Source of the DNA: an uncultured Planctomycetota bacterium
Lineage (GTDB): Bacteria; Planctomycetota; Planctomycetia; Pirellulales; Lacipirellulaceae
Direction of reading: 5' to 3'
DNA length: 64,000 nucleotides
Assembly (NCBI GenBank): GCA_963719315.1
Contig: CAVRBU010000001.1
Span: 192,001 to 256,000, forward strand
Part shown: piece by piece, positions 60,280 through 64,000 of the stretch
Layout of the letters: the number at the start of each line of letters is the position of its first letter
Numbering within the stretch: the first letter of the stretch is position 1
Position numbers and translations under genes: made by a program
Notes under the pieces: generated by a model
What the model saw: the letters and a program-made list of their open reading frames with translations, nothing else
What the model was told of the DNA's origin: nothing
Database searches by the model: none

Positions 60280-61629
60280 TCAGTTGTGGGGGCGTGATTT
60301 ACCAGAGGCAGACGGCGCCACTCTCGCCCGCAGATGTCGATCGGCGAATGCCAGGTATTGCTGCCAGTCGTAAGCCGTCGCGTCGTGCTTGCCGGTGCGA
60401 ATGTGGTAGCCGATCGTATCGCCCACCGGATGATCCACCGCCGGCATGTCGTCTGTCTCGAGTCCTTTCAGCCCAAACAGGTGATACACCGGTTCGGCAT
60501 TTTTCGCCGAGAGAAACTCGCCCCGCGGATCGGCCCACAAATCGTCCGCCGCACTCGCCACATACACGGGCCGCGGCGCAATGAGCGCAATCAGCTCATG
60601 CTGATCGACCGGGAGCTTGTTCTCATTATTGTTGTATTTGTGAAAATTGCGGCAAAACCAGTGCGGAAATTGCGTGTTGATGCGATCGACCGTTTCGCCG
60701 AAGATCCGCCGACTCAGCGCGGCCCCTCCACAGCCCGAGTCGTTTGAAATCACCATTGCGAATCGCGGGTCGCAGGCTCCTGCCCACAATGCGGTCTTCC
60801 CTAATCGCGAATGGCCCCATACCGCCACGCGCTTGGCATCCACGAGCGGGTCGGCTTCAAGATAGTCGAGCGCCCGGCTCAGTCCCCATGCCCAGGCCGC
60901 AACGGTGCCCCACTCGTCCGCATCGGGTTCCGTTTGGCCGGTTCGGTAAAACAGAGGCCGCACGCCTTTGCTCAAACCGTCTAGGGAATCGGGCTCGATA
61001 TCGCCGCAACACATCGTGGCGACCGCATAGCCACGCGCGACGACTTCTTCAACTTGCAAACGTGTTGCCTCGCAGCCCCGCGAGGCTTCCGTCGCGCGGT
61101 GATCGACAATGCCGAATTCTGGGTGGTTTAGGATCCACGCGCTGCCCAGCGTAATTCCCGGATCAGTATGAGCCGACTGATTGCCGTTGAAGTTAAGCCC
61201 CAAAAAGACAGGCGTAGATCCGCCCGCCTTCGGCACATACAGCAGCAAGTGCAGCGGCATGCGGCCCTTCGGCGTAACGATTTCAATTGACACTTCCTTA
61301 CGAATGGCTTTGCCGCCAAGAGCCGTGCGATCCTCCGACTCGATCTTAAACTCCAACCGCGGTTTCCGTTCGGGCGCTCGCCCGTAGACATTCGCCTCGA
61401 ACAGCCGCAAGATCTCCGGCCGCCGCTTCGCCGTCCACTCGGCCGCCGTTTCTATCGGCCGGCCTTCGCCGTCGATCAGTGGGTCGGGCAGCGTGTAAGG
61501 AGCTAAGCGGCTCTCGTCGTAATTCGCTTTGAATTCTGCCGCCATCCCGACGCACGACAACCCGCCAACCAGCATCATGGCCACCATCATGCGAACGCTC
61601 GCTGCGAGGTGTCGCCGCTTCATCTCCAT
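60280..61629 (-). CDS. CE15-type (glucuronoyl / acetylxylan) esterase, secreted
   Basis: Signal peptide, YTLPDPL, AWAWG, GHSRLGK, SGCGG, DQHELIALIAPRP, DLWADP. Confidence 0.88.
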   Translation of the reverse strand: MEMKRRHLAASVRMMVAMMLVGGLSCVGMAAEFKANYDESRLAPYTLPDPLIDGEGRPIETAAEWTAKRRPEILRLFEANVYGRAPERKPRLEFKIESEDRTALGGKAIRKEVSIEIVTPKGRMPLHLLLYVPKAGGSTPVFLGLNFNGNQSAHTDPGITLGSAWILNHPEFGIVDHRATEASRGCEATRLQVEEVVARGYAVATMCCGDIEPDSLDGLSKGVRPLFYRTGQTEPDADEWGTVAAWAWGLSRALDYLEADPLVDAKRVAVWGHSRLGKTALWAGACDPRFAMVISNDSGCGGAALSRRIFGETVDRINTQFPHWFCRNFHKYNNNENKLPVDQHELIALIAPRPVYVASAADDLWADPRGEFLSAKNAEPVYHLFGLKGLETDDMPAVDHPVGDTIGYHIRTGKHDATAYDWQQYLAFADRHLRARVAPSASGKSRPHN

Positions 61630-61660
61630 GCATCCTTAACGGCATCGCTCGCGATGAACA

Positions 61661-62965
61661 TCATGCAAACTTCGTCCGTCCTGGAATCGCCACTTGGACG
61701 GCCGGCACGTCGTCGTTCCAGGCGTATTCGCTTGGCCCGAGCCGCTCCTGGCTGTTGAGGCATTCGTCCCACGTGAGTGCTTTGCCGGTGTAAGTGCACA
61801 TCCGGCCCATGACGGCGAGCATCGTGCTATTTGCCATGTAGTGGCCGTTGTTGACGGGATTTCCATCTCGAATGCTGTTGAAGAGGACCTCGTGTTCGAA
61901 ATCGTACGTTTTGGAAAGCGCGCGATTCGGCCCGCTGTATGACCAGGGATTTTCACCCTCTATCTGATACTTCAGTATCTGGGCTTGTCCCTTCGTACCG
62001 AGCACGATTTCGTCAACCATATTGGCTACGTTGCTTTGTTGCCGGCAGGTGAAGAACACTCGAACATTGTTCGGATATTCATAGAATACAGTGTGATGAT
62101 CGTAAATATCTCCGTACTGCGGATCCACGCGTTGCTGACGTCCGCCCATACCGAATGCCTGGGTAGGATGGATGTCGCCTTGCAACCACGCGGTCTTATC
62201 CAGGCTATGTACCGCCTGTTCGCAAATATGATCGCCGGAGAGCCAATGGAAATAGAGCCAGTTGCGGAGCTGATATTCCATTCGGCTCCAATTCGGATTG
62301 TCGCCGCGATGCCAAAGTGTGCCGCCGTTGTAGGTCGATTGGATCGCAACAATGTCGCCGATCGCTTTGTCCGCCGTAATCCTCTTGATTGTTTCCTGCA
62401 CGCCTGGGTGATAGCGCCAGCACAGACCGGAGACAACCGAAAGGTTTTTCTCTTTCGCTTTCTTGCACGTTTCGATGACGCTGCGGACGCCGGGCGCATC
62501 GACAGCCACCGGCTTCTCGACGAACGTATGCTTGCCTTTTTCGACGGCATAGGCGAGATGCTGCGGTCGAAAATGGGGTGGCGTGGCCAATAGCACTACG
62601 TCAACGTCGCTGTCGATTAATTGCTTGTAGGCGTCGAAGCCGATGAACACGTGGTCGTCGGCGACTTGCACGCGGTCTTTCGTTTTTTCCTCTCGACGCA
62701 GAGCCCCAACGCTGCTTTTGGCAAAGTCGGCGAATGTGTCGGCGACGGCCACTAAAATATTATCGGGGCCCGCGTTAAGTGCGTTCTGCGCGGCGCCAGT
62801 GCCTCGACCACCACAGCCGACCAGCCCAATGCGAAGTTTTTCGTTTACGCCTGCGTGAACGGACCTCGGCACAGCCATCGTACCGACGAGCGTCGCGCCG
62901 ACCGCCAGTCCTGAAGAAGTCTTCAAAAAATCACGACGCGTTGAGCTGGTCTTTTCCTGTGACAT
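61661..62965 (-). CDS. Tat-exported Gfo/Idh/MocA oxidoreductase
   Basis: TRRDFLK, GCGGRGTGA, TPPHFRP, EKP, SGDHICEQAVHSLD. Confidence 0.92.
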   Translation of the reverse strand: MSQEKTSSTRRDFLKTSSGLAVGATLVGTMAVPRSVHAGVNEKLRIGLVGCGGRGTGAAQNALNAGPDNILVAVADTFADFAKSSVGALRREEKTKDRVQVADDHVFIGFDAYKQLIDSDVDVVLLATPPHFRPQHLAYAVEKGKHTFVEKPVAVDAPGVRSVIETCKKAKEKNLSVVSGLCWRYHPGVQETIKRITADKAIGDIVAIQSTYNGGTLWHRGDNPNWSRMEYQLRNWLYFHWLSGDHICEQAVHSLDKTAWLQGDIHPTQAFGMGGRQQRVDPQYGDIYDHHTVFYEYPNNVRVFFTCRQQSNVANMVDEIVLGTKGQAQILKYQIEGENPWSYSGPNRALSKTYDFEHEVLFNSIRDGNPVNNGHYMANSTMLAVMGRMCTYTGKALTWDECLNSQERLGPSEYAWNDDVPAVQVAIPGRTKFA

Positions 62966-63167
62966 GTACCGACTCCATGTTCGCTGGTATGCAGATGGCA
63001 GAATCCGCCGTGCCAGCGTCAAGTAATGACTCGCAAGCCGAAAACGAAGTGGGACTAATTTGGGCAATTAACCCAATTGTCCCCGCCCAGCCATCGCAAA
63101 TCAAGCGATAGGTCGCCCAATATATTGTTTGGGAGAGCCAGCCGAGGCGTGAAATAGAGAAATTGTG

Positions 63168-64000
63168 CTACGCCGCCCGGGCAGACGGTCGAGATTGGGC
63201 GGCCGAAAGCACTTCGTTGATGCTGTCCGGCATGATGATCCGCAGATAATCAAGCGCTTCACGGCCATTGTCGCTGGAGTGGATCACGTTGCAGTGCTGA
63301 TCCTTGTTGACGCCTTCGTTGAAGGTGTCTCGCAGATGCTCTTTGCACAACAAGCGGGCGTTGGCGATGAATGGGAAACGTTTCCTTTGTTTACGCGTGG
63401 GATTGATTGGCGACGGATCGTAGGCCACGATCGCCGCTACGGCCGGTCCGCCCGAGATCGGCCAAGGGCCGCGGCCCCAATTGCCGCCGCGCAGGCTGCG
63501 GGCAAGTGTTGCGACGCGATGTTCCTCAAACGAGGAAGTCAACAATATCCGAAAGCCGTACTTTTCAATCAGTTGAGCGGCACGTTTTACGCCGCCGCGG
63601 CGAAGGGCTTCCTCGCGCACCAGGAAAACCGCGACTCGGTCGTCGATGGTACCGCCGTCGTCGCTCCGGCGAAGGAGCGAACGCACCCAGCGATTGCGCC
63701 GCGACAAACGAATCAGCATATCGTGCGGTGGCCGCCAGCCCTGCGAATCGAGATACTCGTCGAGCCCTTGCAGCGTGATTGGTACTTCGAGCTTCAAGCT
63801 GAGGGCCATTCGCCGGAGCAGCGCTGAATAGTCGTGCCCAGCCCGCAAACGGTTAGGACGCGACTTGTTGGCTGCCGGAATTCCCGAATCGAACCCTTTG
63901 TGGTAAAGGGCATGATACGCGAGACTCAAAAAATGTTCGCGTGCCGCCGGCACCGAGTAAAGGTCGTTGTGAATGATTGCTCGCTGTAGCAACTGTTCAG
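63168..64000 (-). CDS. Hypothetical protein (5' end outside the window) with a C-terminal NDK-like domain
   Basis: The frame is open to the window edge; LAYHALYHKG region, then VFLVREEA..GFRIL..GGPAV..NVIHSSDN. Confidence 0.7.
   Translation of the reverse strand, partial: EQLLQRAIIHNDLYSVPAAREHFLSLAYHALYHKGFDSGIPAANKSRPNRLRAGHDYSALLRRMALSLKLEVPITLQGLDEYLDSQGWRPPHDMLIRLSRRNRWVRSLLRRSDDGGTIDDRVAVFLVREEALRRGGVKRAAQLIEKYGFRILLTSSFEEHRVATLARSLRGGNWGRGPWPISGGPAVAAIVAYDPSPINPTRKQRKRFPFIANARLLCKEHLRDTFNEGVNKDQHCNVIHSSDNGREALDYLRIIMPDSINEVLSAAQSRPSARAA

Overview
This is a GC-rich, gene-dense chromosomal segment, most likely from a planctomycete (Pirellulales-like). That assignment is an inference from the 'E.LE.R.M' planctomycete export motif on a subtilase, a DnaA with a 'SHSTVISA' helix and several planctomycete-type hypothetical proteins. 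Most of it is housekeeping: pyrC, miaE, leuB, a dnaA paralogue, hisN, rpmB-gatCAB, bioA, fabI, dusB, queG and aroA. It also carries a System II cytochrome c maturation fusion with an upstream lipoprotein, a sigma-54 activator, a divergent Wzx/Wzy polysaccharide locus and a sugar-salvage operon. I found no rRNA, tRNA, CRISPR array or transposase. Eight genes are split by small frameshifts, all at GCGC/CGCG, which are probably long-read errors. The best leads are: (1) a holdfast-like polysaccharide locus with back-to-back sigma-54 promoters; (2) a dispersed family of hairpin elements built from inverted 7-nt or 9-nt periodic repeats, some nested and some translated in frame; (3) an HTH / acidic-repeat / transmembrane protein; (4) a structured 770-bp convergent intergenic region; (5) an NDK-like domain fusion. 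All family calls come from motif recognition by eye, not from database searches.
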